Positions 9,712 through 20,693 of a stretch of 64,000 nt of DNA are shown here, one piece after another. Each line of letters starts with the position of its first letter. Positions within the stretch are counted from its first letter, which is position 1. The position numbers were made by a program, and so were the translations under genes. The DNA comes from Andalucia godoyi And28 (taxonomy: Eukaryota > Protista > Jakobida): assembly GCA_009859145.1 (NCBI GenBank), contig VRVR01000001.1:326463-390462 (forward strand), read 5' to 3'. The notes under the pieces were generated by a model. It did not search any database. It worked only from the letters and a program-made list of their open reading frames with translations, and was not told the DNA's origin.

Positions 9712-11274
9712 TCAGTCAACATTGAGTTCATCGCCATTGTTCAACGGTTCGTTTTCCAGAGAGTCCATCTCAACTTCATTCTCCGTCCGCTTCCCGGCGG
9801 GCATGAACTTGGACAGCACGGATTTTCCGAGATACCAGCGAGCAAGCACCAAGAACAAACACGCAACGAGAAACATCATGATGGCATAAAAGAAGAACTC
9901 TACGGCATGCTTTCCCTCAAACACACTCGATCCGGCAAACGCTACTAGCAACATGTTTCCGATCGCTACGTACAAAAGCCACATGGCAGACATAACTGAT
10001 TTCATGATGGTAGGAGCCTCACTGTACGAAAACTCCAGACCCGAAACTGAAACCAGGATTTCAGACATTGTCAGGACAAACCATTGTGGAATCTGCCACA
10101 TGATGTTGACATTGCCATGCCCATCCGAGTCAATCTTGACCTGCAAAAGGCCGCCAATCACAAAGGACACAACGGCGAGGAACATGCCAACTGCCATTCT
10201 GTTCAGTGGCAGTAACTTCATTCCTCTTTTGCGCAAGAACGGGTAAATGATGTAGTCCACAATGGGCACAAAGACCAAGATGAAAAACGGATTCAGCAGC
10301 GGGACCTGGTCGGCAGTGACCGAAACAGATCCCAAGCTCAAGTCCATCTCCAGTGCTTGAAGAACAAAAAGAGAAGAGGAGGAATCATAAACCATCCAGT
10401 AGCAGATTGTGGTGCAAAGAACTGCAGAGACATCGAAACAAGTGCGCACTGCACTGATCAAGTCGTCAGAGAACTTGTCTTGCGCGTAGTCGAGCCAGTG
10501 TTTGCGAGAAACAGCGGAATTTGAGGAGGAAGCAGCAGAAGAACCGGACCGGAACGCCTTCCATCGCTGCACAATGGCATATCTTACAAGGGCGACAACG
10601 TTCAAAAGAATTGAACCACTTGGAGGCGCCATCACGTACTTGCGCTTACCGGAATAGAAAATCGAGATCGAAACTGTGAGCAGAAGGACAGGAAAGAAGA
10701 ATGCTGCCGCATAGCTTGCGTTTTCACGAATCAACGGAGTCACAAACATCGAAACCGTAGAGCCAAAGTTGATGGAAGCATAGAAGAACAAGAAGAAACG
10801 CTCGAGAAGCACAGTCTGCGAGCTATCAAACTGATCGGCACCCATAGCACTCACACACGGTTTGATGCCACCAGTGCCGATAGCAATCAACAGAAGACCA
10901 AGCATGCACCCCCACCAATGCGGAGGGTTACCTGTGATTCCCGGAATTGCAGTGAACGCCAAGGTAAAAGAACCCACGAGGTACACAATGGAAAGACGGA
11001 AAATCGTGTAGAATTTGCCCCACTTTGCATCCGAAATGATACCTCCCGGAATAGCAGACAGGTAGGCAATCGCAATGAAACCGTGATATATGGACATTGC
11101 TTGCTCCTGACCAAACCCAAGCGAATCAATCAGATAAAGAAGCAAGATGGCTCGCAGCGCATAATAGCATGCTCGTTCGCAGATCTCCATTGAGAAAATG
11201 TAATAAATCTGGGAAGGCATTTTGCCATCCGAAGAAGGAACAGGTTCTGCTGCCTCGGAGCCTTCCTGCGTCAT
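9712..11274 (-). CDS. PTR2: Proton-dependent oligopeptide transporter (POT/PTR2, SLC15 family)
   Basis: MEICERACYY (ExxERxxYY), GTGGIKPCVSAMGADQF, FYASINFGS, FSYSEAPTIMKS; ATG at 11274. Confidence 0.95.
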   Translation of the reverse strand: MTQEGSEAAEPVPSSDGKMPSQIYYIFSMEICERACYYALRAILLLYLIDSLGFGQEQAMSIYHGFIAIAYLSAIPGGIISDAKWGKFYTIFRLSIVYLVGSFTLAFTAIPGITGNPPHWWGCMLGLLLIAIGTGGIKPCVSAMGADQFDSSQTVLLERFFLFFYASINFGSTVSMFVTPLIRENASYAAAFFFPVLLLTVSISIFYSGKRKYVMAPPSGSILLNVVALVRYAIVQRWKAFRSGSSAASSSNSAVSRKHWLDYAQDKFSDDLISAVRTCFDVSAVLCTTICYWMVYDSSSSLFVLQALEMDLSLGSVSVTADQVPLLNPFFILVFVPIVDYIIYPFLRKRGMKLLPLNRMAVGMFLAVVSFVIGGLLQVKIDSDGHGNVNIMWQIPQWFVLTMSEILVSVSGLEFSYSEAPTIMKSVMSAMWLLYVAIGNMLLVAFAGSSVFEGKHAVEFFFYAIMMFLVACLFLVLARWYLGKSVLSKFMPAGKRTENEVEMDSLENEPLNNGDELNVD

Positions 11275-12020
11275 TTCCAACAACCAACAACAGCAAGAAG
11301 AGGAAGGGGAGGGGAGGGGGGAATTAACAAATAAAATCAATCAAACAATCCAATCCGTGTTCCCTCAACGAAGAACAGTGCACGAATGAAGAATAAAGAC
11401 ATCATGAAAAAGCACTTGCTGAGAGGCAAAGAGGAAACCCAAAAGTGCTAAGCCCTCTCCAGTTGGGGAAAGACTGGTCTCGAGCCTTTCAGCATTCAAT
11501 AGCAAATCGCAATGATTGGTGCTCTTTTGTGCCGTTTTTACAGTAGGTGGGCATCTCGAGATTCTGTTTGCACGTCTACAGCGTACACAAACCGCGGATA
11601 ACCACCGCTGATCACCCATTAACAATGCTGCAGCCCAACAACATGCATAATGCAACGCGGCGGCGTGTGTATAGGGATTTCCTGATCAAAATGGGGGCGA
11701 AACGAATCGGGCATCGTGTGACGGAGTTGCTTAAGATAACAGACGCATGCGCATGGGCGCGTGGCAGTGTTTTTGTTTTTACGTGCGCTTTGGATTGCTT
11801 CATCATATCGCAATAAGTGGCAGCGGTATGTAGACGCCTACACTCAAACTTGGAACGCGCTGATTCCGGATAAGGGCACGACCGCGTCTTCGTTATCTGA
11901 GCTCCAATCCGGAAATCGCACAGAAGAAATTCTTCACAATAAAACAACAAACCAGCAAATACAGATCCCAAAAGACAAACCGCACACATCCGACGCAGAA
12001 GAGGAGCCTCTCGGATCACG

Positions 12021-12704
12021 CTACAAGCGTACTCGGATCGGTCTTCCATGAGCATCCTGCAGAGGCGGTCTGTCTTGTCCAAAGAGCCTCTTGATGAAGC
12101 GCGGAGTGCGCAATACATTGTGACCCGTTAGCAATGGATAAATGTCCGTGAAATAGTAATAAATGTGTCCTATAAAGATGCCAAGCAAGTCCACGATGCC
12201 GTTCTCAATCCCGCCAAACAAGATCGAAACACTGAGCAGAACCCACGGAAGATACGGTGCTGAGAAAGTGAACACGCCCCAGAACGCCATTTGCGCCATT
12301 GGATTCTTTCGAGACCATATGTACAAACCCATAAACACCAGCGGAAACGAAAGAAACACCATGTACGGAAGAAAAGGGGCTAGAATGAGCAGCATGGTCG
12401 ACCCAAATAGTAGCATCATGAAGAAATCCGCCGAGTTCCGATGGAAGTGGTCTTCCTCTAATCTGTTAAAATACAGATAAATGAAGTGCATGTGAAACAG
12501 AAAATTAATTCCTAGATTCTGAAAATAGAAAAAGTTGGTGAATATTCGCCACCATTCGTGTTTGTTCCGAATTGCACTGATGTTCAGCGACAGTCTCAGC
12601 GGATTGATGACTTCCAAGGTGCATAGAACACTCACAACGAAACATGCAGTCATGTAAAACCGAGTCACTGGCGGGATCGCCTTGTACCACTGTTCAAACG
12701 TCAT
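12021..12704 (-). CDS. DERL2: Derlin (Der1-like ERAD rhomboid pseudoprotease)
   Basis: WYKAIPPVTRFY, EWWRIFTNFFYF, YIWSRKNP, FSAPYLPWVLL, GHIYYYFTDIYP, LRTP. Confidence 0.93.
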   Translation of the reverse strand: MTFEQWYKAIPPVTRFYMTACFVVSVLCTLEVINPLRLSLNISAIRNKHEWWRIFTNFFYFQNLGINFLFHMHFIYLYFNRLEEDHFHRNSADFFMMLLFGSTMLLILAPFLPYMVFLSFPLVFMGLYIWSRKNPMAQMAFWGVFTFSAPYLPWVLLSVSILFGGIENGIVDLLGIFIGHIYYYFTDIYPLLTGHNVLRTPRFIKRLFGQDRPPLQDAHGRPIRVRL

Positions 12705-13106
12705 TCTTGCAAAATCGATTAAGAAAACTCCAACCCTGCAGAACAAAGCCGAAGAAGGGAGATAATATAGTTACAAAAACACAGACCCAAAGAAGAAGGG
12801 AAAAGAAGGGAAAAGAAAAAGAACTGGAAAAAAGAACTGGGAAAAGGGGGGGTCCTGAACTAACAAGAGAGGTACGAGAACGAGAGTAGTGAGTGCTTGA
12901 ACACGCTATGTACCGTACGACTGAAGCCGCTGGACGGATGCTGGTAACGAGACGTCACAATGATATGAAAACGGAGAACGAAATTCCAGAACTCCAAACG
13001 AATCAATGAAAAGAAGAAGGAAAGGAAAAAAGGACAAGGAAGCAAGAAAGACTGCAGCAAATTGATTCGCAAAGACACGTGGGACGAAGCTTCGCTACAA
13101 CGGGCA

Positions 13107-15692
13107 CTAAATGTACGTCAAGAAATCTCCTTCCTCGGAATGTTCTCGTTGCAGGAACTCACGGTCTATCAACGTATCGATCCGGCGCTTAACCATTCGA
13201 AGGTCAACACGGAATTTGGAATTCAGCTGTTCTGTAACGGCTCCCAGAAGAGCCTGCATGTTCATCCTTTTGGCGCACTTCATGAGTCTGACGATTGTCG
13301 CATCGATCAGGTACTGACGATCTTCTTCAGTCGCTTCTCTGGTTGCCTTCGTTTCCTCTTCGGTTGGAAACTTCATGAGCGGGAACCCAATTTTATAGCG
13401 AACACTTGAAAATTGCTCATTCACGGTAATCACAGAGCTGTCCGCTAAAGGTTTGCACAAGTACAACTCTGCTTTGGGATCCGACTCGGATTCATCCGCG
13501 CCCCGGACCTCCGTTTCCGGCTCATCTAGCAGCATCAGCACATTGTTCTTCTTGGATGCATTGCATAAGGAGCGCACGACCGGCAAAGCAATGCGTGCTT
13601 CCGTCCCGCTCAACAAGCACAGCTCCGAGAAGGTCATCTGGGATTTCGTGTTGAACAGTATCAGAACCGATATTTGAAACGTGTTCAATCTGCACAACAA
13701 TCGCGTCTGATTGCTTCCTGAGAATGTGGCAAGCACGTCACCTCGAGATTCGGAGAAGAACCACAGCAAGGTTCGGCTCCCACGATGCAGAACCTGCGAA
13801 TAATACTCGGTGAAAGAGCTACGGGCCACTTCCAATTCACGAGGCAAAATCAGCTTCTCCCGATGATCGTCGTTCGCAAACCGACGCATTTCAACAGGCC
13901 ATTTTCCACCAGATAGAACATGAACTTTGAATTCCACAGGTAGATGAAGGTGCTGGCTACTGACATGCCTTTCAAAGTTCCTCTGAATATCCGAGGCAAC
14001 GGACACATCTTCGTACATCTTCTTCACGCGAGAAAACATCATGTTTGATGCATCAATTTTCCGCAGAGAACTCAGAGCAAACTCCAAGGTTGAGGAAGAC
14101 GAACCTGCTGACAAGACAGCGTCACGTGATAGGCTTTCTGTTTCCTGAGACTTGAGCTGTTTCAGCACAAAATTCTGAGCAAACAGCATTCTGCAAAGTT
14201 GGCACTGGAATTCGGCAAAAAAGACGTCCTTGTCGACCACGAAATCTACAATGTTCACCACAGCTTCCACCCGGGATTCGTCGCAAGCGTGAATAAGATC
14301 CAGAGCCAGTATTTGCGGGAAAGAAATCTTCGAGTGGAACTCTGTCGCAGACATGGTTTTCGACAGTGCGATTTTGTAGTTTTCGGGTCTTGGATCCTCG
14401 AAGTTTGCGGGAGAGACTGCCCGACAAGCCATGCTGATGGAGTGCAACAAGTCAAATACAGAGATAAGGTCCGTTAGAACTGAAAGGCGCAAGGTATTCA
14501 GCAATTCCGAAAAGCTAGAGGTTCGAATGGCAGACGCAGATTTGAACAGCTTTGACACTGCGTCTTGAAGAAAGGACGACAACAATCCAAAGAAGCGTTC
14601 TGGCTTTCCAAGAGTGCAGTTGAAGAGAAACAACTTGGCAACACCATCCAGGTTTCTGTTCGAAAATATGCAAAGCAAACTGGACCGCCGATCTTCGAGT
14701 TTGAGCAGTGCATCCGCGTAATGAAGAATATCCTGAGACAACAACTTTGCAAAATCCGCAGGGAACACTTGCAACACTTTCTGCACTTGCAAATTTGCGT
14801 GGTCAATCAATTTCAGCGGAACTGCGGGGTCTGGATCTGAAGGCATGTCAGAGAAGCGACGGCAGTAACTGACAAATCTTCGGCACATCGATTCGGAAAT
14901 CATGGATCGGAAAGAAGAGTCGAACAGGTCAACATCCTTGAGCATGTCGATCATGCGGCGCAGGAATGCCACGTTGGTTTCTACTGGAGCATCGTTTCCC
15001 ACGTCCGAAAGTTGATCCAACAACAGGCACACAGACTCTGCGATAATCTTAGCTTCTTGAACAGAGTCGAAGACATCCGCCAGCCTGGCAAGCGTTTTTC
15101 GTCGCAGAACCGGCTCCGGGTTCGGCGAAGGAAACAGCAATGTGAGTCTATCACGGATGGGCGATGCAAGGAACAGCAGAAAAGGGATGACGGAGTCCAG
15201 CAACAGCTCCCATAACCCAAGAAGCCGCTTGATCACGCACAATGCTTCCGAGGCTGAGGAAGGACCATCGACAGACATTGAATCACGAACAGAATCGGCG
15301 CAGGCGTGAATAAACGATTCTACATGAGAAAGAAGATCCTCGATCAACAACCTCGGGACATAATTGTCATCTGAAAATATGTGAGAGTCGATCAACTTGC
15401 GAACACCATTGTATGCTGTGTGCTTCACTTGCATCTTCTGCAAAGCCAATTGCTTGAAAGTGGCTTTTCCTGAATAGACAAGGTTGCACATGCCAAAGAA
15501 GACATTGAGCTTCTCGGAAACAAGTGGGTTATAAATTGCGTCATACTCCTCAATGATGCGTTGCGGAATACGCTGTCTCAAGTTGGGAAGCACTTCGGGT
15601 TCCAATCTGCTGCGCACTTCTCGAATTCGCGCATCTGGATTCATTCCAGATTGATTCGCATCGAGTGTGGAACAAGAACGTTTTCGGTTCAT
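13107..15692 (-). CDS. Cullin family scaffold (divergent N-terminus)
   Basis: VDKDVFFAEFQ..L.RML, KKMYEDV, VHVLSGGKWP, LLWFFSESRGDV, LNTFQISVLILFN, C-terminal DRQYLIDATIVRLMK...IDTLIDREFLQR neddylation domain. Confidence 0.92.
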   Translation of the reverse strand: MNRKRSCSTLDANQSGMNPDARIREVRSRLEPEVLPNLRQRIPQRIIEEYDAIYNPLVSEKLNVFFGMCNLVYSGKATFKQLALQKMQVKHTAYNGVRKLIDSHIFSDDNYVPRLLIEDLLSHVESFIHACADSVRDSMSVDGPSSASEALCVIKRLLGLWELLLDSVIPFLLFLASPIRDRLTLLFPSPNPEPVLRRKTLARLADVFDSVQEAKIIAESVCLLLDQLSDVGNDAPVETNVAFLRRMIDMLKDVDLFDSSFRSMISESMCRRFVSYCRRFSDMPSDPDPAVPLKLIDHANLQVQKVLQVFPADFAKLLSQDILHYADALLKLEDRRSSLLCIFSNRNLDGVAKLFLFNCTLGKPERFFGLLSSFLQDAVSKLFKSASAIRTSSFSELLNTLRLSVLTDLISVFDLLHSISMACRAVSPANFEDPRPENYKIALSKTMSATEFHSKISFPQILALDLIHACDESRVEAVVNIVDFVVDKDVFFAEFQCQLCRMLFAQNFVLKQLKSQETESLSRDAVLSAGSSSSTLEFALSSLRKIDASNMMFSRVKKMYEDVSVASDIQRNFERHVSSQHLHLPVEFKVHVLSGGKWPVEMRRFANDDHREKLILPRELEVARSSFTEYYSQVLHRGSRTLLWFFSESRGDVLATFSGSNQTRLLCRLNTFQISVLILFNTKSQMTFSELCLLSGTEARIALPVVRSLCNASKKNNVLMLLDEPETEVRGADESESDPKAELYLCKPLADSSVITVNEQFSSVRYKIGFPLMKFPTEEETKATREATEEDRQYLIDATIVRLMKCAKRMNMQALLGAVTEQLNSKFRVDLRMVKRRIDTLIDREFLQREHSEEGDFLTYI

Positions 15693-16089
15693 AGGATTCC
15701 ATGAATATCTGTTTATACCTGGATGAAGAAAAGCAGTTTGACGAGGAACAATGGGGAAAAAATGAATGCTGATTGGGTGGTCGGCTCATGGTGTGTGGTA
15801 TTATCATTTTTGATGATTTTTAATTCCTTGTTGATTCCGTTTTTGTGGCAGAAGTTGAGGCGGGACAATGCTGAGACTGAAATAAGCATCGTCACGCATC
15901 AATATTCTTTCAAAATGGGCTGGCCGCTAAGCTGCGAGCCCGCCTTGCGATGCACGAAATTGACCGGCCTCCCAGTGGCGTCCACGACGCATTTCACGAT
16001 TCATGATGAATCACCGCATTTGTTGCATTGTAGTATGATAATTTTATTTACTTTTTTCATTTTGTCTTGCCTCATAGAATCCCCGAGCG

Positions 16090-16824
16090 ATGTACGTGAC
16101 GCCTGGTACTCTACGGAAAACATACGACATTTCCGCATCAACCCTGCGACGGTGGGCCGCCTCAGGGCGGATCAGAAGCGTCCGCACCGGATCGCACCAC
16201 ATGTACAATATCGAGGACATCGAAAAGGTCATCGGGCAACCTGTCGAGGTCGAGAAAGAGAAACGAGTCGTGCTCTACGCAAGAGTCTCGTCGGCCCACC
16301 AAGAAGCGGACCTCCAACGCCAGATTGCCGACCTCCGTGCTGCCTACCCGGACGCCGAGCTCGTCAGTGACACCGCGTCTGGTCTCAACTTCCACCGGCG
16401 CGGTTTTACGGCTGTTCTCGAACGAGTGTGCCGCAGAGAGATCAGCACACTCGTGGTGGCCCACCGCGACAGGCTCTGCCGGTTCGGCATCGAGCTCATC
16501 GAATGGCTCTTGGCGCAGTTTGGCGCAAAACTCGTGGTTCTCGGCACGGATGCACCTCTCACCGGGACCGCTGAGCTCGCCGACGATCTTGTTGCCATCA
16601 CAACCTATTTCGTCTCCCGGCGCAACGGCCAGCGCGCCGCGGACACCCGCCGCAAAAGAACCCGCAGTGAGGATGAAGATGCATACTACGGCGAATCAGA
16701 AAGTCATTTCATGCAAACGGCTGAGGGCAGCCCGGTGGTTGAACAGCGCCCGTCTCGTGGCCGTCCCCGAAAAACGCGTGCCGTTGAATCTAAAGATTCT
16801 GCGCGCCCTGCTACTCCGCAGTGA
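16090..16824 (+). CDS. tnpA: IS607-family TnpA serine recombinase/transposase (intact reading frame)
   Basis: N-terminal MerR-like HTH (ASTLRRWAASGRI), catalytic YARVSS..Q..DLQRQ, SGLNFHRRG, VVAHRDRLCRFG, ELADDLVAITTYF; visibly GC-richer than the flanks. Confidence 0.93.
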   Translation: MYVTPGTLRKTYDISASTLRRWAASGRIRSVRTGSHHMYNIEDIEKVIGQPVEVEKEKRVVLYARVSSAHQEADLQRQIADLRAAYPDAELVSDTASGLNFHRRGFTAVLERVCRREISTLVVAHRDRLCRFGIELIEWLLAQFGAKLVVLGTDAPLTGTAELADDLVAITTYFVSRRNGQRAADTRRKRTRSEDEDAYYGESESHFMQTAEGSPVVEQRPSRGRPRKTRAVESKDSARPATPQ

Positions 16825-17280
16825 TTCGGAGACCATGAAGAAATGATCCATGGCCTGTCGAGACGCCAAAACGATGTCTGCAACGGCGCAATCCGCGACC
16901 TGACCAAGGCATATATCAATCGAACCATGTATACTAAGTAAAAGAAAGACCCTGTGCACGCAATTTTGAGCTGGCATCTTTCGAGCCCGGAAGGGTCCGA
17001 TCACATCCTGTGTGGCGGCATGATTCACCCGTCACTTCGGTGGAAACAAGACGTTTTCCCCCCACAATGTCCACGGTACGCATATCGGATGATAGATGGA
17101 TCGCGATTATGAAATGGCGGTGCGCGTAGCTCTTGTCTGACGAACGCCGCAGCGCACGCTGGGGCCCGCTCCCTCCCTAGCACTGCAACGCAGTCCCGGT
17201 TGAAACATTGCTTGATGATGCATCGTCGGCGATGGAGATGTATGTTCACTGTGTACAATTGTAGCCAGAGTGCATTCAAG
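16660..17280 (+). pseudogene. Decayed Fanzor2/TnpB (N-terminal half) overlapping the tnpA 3' end
   Basis: MKMHTTANQKVI...AARWLNSA, then PWPVETP and DVCNGAIRDLTKAY across frameshifts (consensus K.R.YPT..QK...ARW.YN / PW..ETP.D.R..AI.DL..AY); 3' boundary uncertain. Confidence 0.75.
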
Positions 17281-17414
17281 CAAAAATATGAAGAATATAT
17301 TTCAAAATAAGAAGGAAAGAAAAAGAAGAAGAAGAAGAAGAAGAAGAAGCAAGGAGAAAAGAGAGGTTTCACTAAACGGTTCTGCTGTCGAATGTGACGC
17401 TTGGAGCTTGGGAC

Positions 17415-17434
17415 CAGGGAGACGCTGGTTAACC
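17415..17434 (+). repeat. Left TIR of the hAT element
   Basis: cagggagacgctggttaacc; followed by subterminal direct repeat ctcggttattggtt at 17448-17461 and 17477-17490. Confidence 0.95.
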
Positions 17435-17644
17435 TAACCGGCGAACCCTCGGTTATTGGTTATTCATCAGTTAACACTCGGTTATTGGTTGTTGTTGGCT
17501 TGAATGCTTGGATTGCATCAGCCACTCATCAGATCCTGATGCCGCCGAGTCCCGCCGCATCTCGCCAAGCTCTTCCCTTGACCCTTCATCTCTGCTGACA
17601 TGCTCTTGGGTTCTCAGTGTTTGACTCCTCGCCGCCGTTCTCAA

Positions 17645-19490
17645 ATGTCTGTGTTGACTGCCGATCGAAAGAAAACACTCACGCCTCTTCTGGCAACGGA
17701 AGGATTCAAGGTGGTCGGCAAATGCCGTTCCTAGGTGGCGTCATATTTCGTTGCAAATGGTGAAAAACAAGCTCGATGCCTGCTGTGCGCACATGATGAA
17801 AAGACTCGCTAAATTCGTTTCCAAACTTCTAATTGTGCCTATCATTTGCAGCATGCACATGCAATGTCTCCTCCTGCCGAATCAGCGAGTGGTCCTTCTG
17901 GTTCGTCTTCCAATTTACCGACTTTGTTTGAGCGAATGAAGAAGAATCAAGCGGAAGGGAAAAACACTGATTGCGTTTGCTTTTGCCGACAACCACTTGT
18001 CTTACAAGATTTTGCGAAACGAGTCTTTCAGACAAGCGTTTGGTGTGCACGTGTCGGAACAGACAATGAAGACCGAAGTCCTGAATCTAGCAGCTGAAGT
18101 GCGGTCTGAGGTCCAGCGAATTGTGAAGAGCTCTTACGCTGCTTGTCTCATGTGCGATTCAACCCCGGTTGGCAACACAAACGGATCGTGGCTGCATTCT
18201 GCGTTGTTTCTGGAAACCAATCGTACTATTACAAGGTCTTCTATTGACAGAGTCGCTAACAGGAGACAGGATCTGTGCTATCCCAAAACGGATTGTCGAG
18301 GATATCGAGCGCGGTGACAGGGTGATAGTGGTTTCATTTTGTTTCTGACAACGGAGCTGATTTCGTTCTCGGTATTGAATCTTACATTTCACAATTTCGC
18401 CCATGGGCATTTTTCATTCGTTGTGCTGCACACTCGATTCAACTGATTGTGAAGGATGCAGTTACCCAGCAGATCCCTGACTTCATGCACCAGATGTCAG
18501 CTTCTCTTGCGCCATTCAGACAACAGGAGGTTGCAAAGATTTTTCATGCGATGCAGGTGATGCAGCCTGCCACAACTCCTTTGAGGATTGTCAAGCGCGT
18601 TGATGTTCGCTGGAACTCTCACTATAACGCTGCAAGGCGTGTTCTTGATCGCTGGAACGCATACTCCAGTGCAATGGGTGGTACCTCCGTAGCCAATCAA
18701 ATCTGTTCGGAAGACTGGAAGAACAAGTTGACCGCCTTTTGCACTGCGATGAAACCCTTTGCTTGCGCTACGAACGCCGTGCAAGCCGATGCTTTTTAGG
18801 CGATTTCTCTGTGGGACGTCTTCCCGAAAGCAGGTCGTGAGGTTACAGAGATCCGAAATGTTTCCCAGGATCCCCTGACGATACATCTCTGCAATGCGGT
18901 CACCAATGGCTGGAGTTCAAACCTGAATCATTCATTATTGTCTACAATTCTTGCATTTCTGGATCCAGTGAAGCACAGAGATCTCAACATTGCGGGTTTG
19001 GAAGCGAATGCTTTTAGGAAAACTGTCGATTTTTGTCTAGGATTTTCTCTTAAAAAAGAGGACCCGCCTTCTTTTGTGCTTTCAGAACGACGAGCGGGAA
19101 TCAAGGCACAGGTGGGAACGTGAACTGGCGGAGTATAGGATGCGTTCGAATGCATTCGGCTGTTTGGAAGAATACAAGAATAATTTCGTTTCCTTTTGGA
19201 CTGCAGCTTTAAACCGGGATGCTCTGATAGCTGGTCCTGTGTTAGCTTTAACAGAAGTCGGCTGCACTCAGGCCGATGTGGAACGTACCTTCTCCGATCA
19301 AGGCCGGTTCGTCGACGGAAGACACAATATCTCCTTTGACTTGTTGAATGCTGAGTTGGTGATCAGATTGAACGGAAGCCATGTTTTGAGGGACGTGGTA
19401 GCCTCTCTCAAGCGAGATGCTGCTGAGATCAGTCCTTCGGAAGGTGGTGACGACGGCTTCGTGGACTCCATTGATGTAGAAGATGCTTAA
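17645..19490 (+). pseudogene. hAT transposase pseudogene
   Basis: BED finger (VASYF..ARCLLC..TSNCAYHLQHAH), CDST, CAAHSIQL (CxxH), DVRWNSHY, C-terminal QADVERTFS dimerisation motif; several in-frame stops and frameshifts. Confidence 0.88.
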
Positions 19491-20036
19491 TTGCATCCCG
19501 TTGCCGCGAAGGGGATAGGCCGCCAACACGCCTCACGGCGCCCTTCAGATAGATGTTCCGCGCTCCGTTCCCAATCTCGATCAATCGGTGAGCCACGTTC
19601 TCAGCGTGACACGGTGTTCCTGAGAAGGGTGCATTTTGATTCTGATGACCCTAGCAGCAGGCGCTTTCGTGTCCTCAGTTGCAGCGATTGGTGCACCTGG
19701 AGATACGAGAGGAAGAGGCGGTAGGAAGACGGTGTGATTTTGCGACTGCGACTGCGACTGCGACTGCGCCTGGTGCATCATAGCAGAAAACCACGAGTTC
19801 TGCAAGATACGGTCCCTGAGGCTGCTGCTTGGGGTTGGCTGCCCTGCGTGCTGGGGATTGGAGATCGTGTCTTGGAAGTTCGCCTCTTGGCAGTGCGCTG
19901 GACGAATAATAGATGGCTACGCGGAAGCACGAGTTCCTGTGAAACAAACGTGCTGGTGTCGGCCAGTGTTGACCGTGTCTGTTTATGTACTCCCCTGTAT
20001 GCATGACAATGACGTGTTATTGTTCCACGGCTAGCG

Positions 20037-20056
20037 GGTTAACCAGCGTCTCCCTG
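20037..20056 (-). repeat. Right TIR of the hAT element
   Basis: ggttaaccagcgtctccctg, exact reverse complement of the left TIR. Confidence 0.95.
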
Positions 20057-20393
20057 CTTGGGACCCATGCTGGCGACAAGTCGCGTGTGCACTGTGTGGC
20101 GTGGGTGACGCGTGCTACGTTCTGTGTTCCGTGCTCAAAGCGGTGACGCATTCAAAGTCCCTAACGCGCCACCAGAGGTATAGTATTCAGTCAGATTTTT
20201 AAAAAGCCATTGGTCGTTAATGAAAGCAACTCTGTATTTTGGGGACTTTGGACACACAACATGACCAAAGAAAAAAATAACAACGAAGAAGAAACAATTT
20301 TCGCAACAAAATGGCAAGTACAAACATTCTAGATAAACATTGACAACGAATACAAGTTATGTCCAAACCATTGGTTGCATCGATGCGGAACGA

Positions 20394-20693
20394 TTACTTG
20401 CGGCGGCGCATCAAGTTGGTGATTTCCTCACGCTTTCGCTTGGCACGGATGTGGGTACCCATGCGCTTCTTGAGGAGCTTAAGGGCACGCTTGTCCTTGC
20501 CGACCTTCAGCAACTCCATGACGCGGCGCTCATAGGGAGTAAATCCGGAAACCTCACGGATAACCTCACGAACGAATCGGGTCTTCTGGGAGAGAGCACC
20601 CTTGCGGTTCGAGGGCTTCGGGGCAACGGCGATCTGAGTGGTGATGTGGCCGGAGTTAAAGCCGACGGCAAGACCCGAACGAGGAGCAACCAT
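20394..20693 (-). CDS. RPL36: 60S ribosomal protein L36 (eL36)
   Basis: [61 protein letters not shown]. Confidence 0.97.
   Translation of the reverse strand: MVAPRSGLAVGFNSGHITTQIAVAPKPSNRKGALSQKTRFVREVIREVSGFTPYERRVMELLKVGKDKRALKLLKKRMGTHIRAKRKREEITNLMRRRK

Larger units (their letters stand above)
16000..17300 (+). mobile_element. IS607-like tnpA + Fanzor2 element; ends not resolved
   Basis: tnpA-tnpB tandem gene order typical of IS607; boundaries approximate. Confidence 0.75.
17415..20056 (+). mobile_element. hAT-superfamily DNA transposon, 2642 bp, non-autonomous
   Basis: Perfect 20-bp TIRs CAGGGAGACGCTGGTTAACC; perfect 8-bp TSD CTTGGGAC at 17407-17414 and 20057-20064; internal hAT transposase fragments. 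Confidence 0.95.

Noticed and set aside
11365-12000. Possible further TnpB/Fanzor relic (SAVCVRC..RCP..DLLLNAER; KWQRYVDAYTQTWNAL)
   Set aside because: The motifs are on opposite strands, short and poorly spaced, so they cannot be told from chance by eye
15723-16370. 215-aa ORF overlapping the tnpA start
   Set aside because: Non-ATG-supported, low-complexity alternative frame with no recognisable motif
17645-19490. Stop-codon reassignment to explain in-frame TAA/TAG in the hAT transposase
   Set aside because: Host genes in the window terminate normally at TAA, TAG and TGA, and the transposase also has frameshifts
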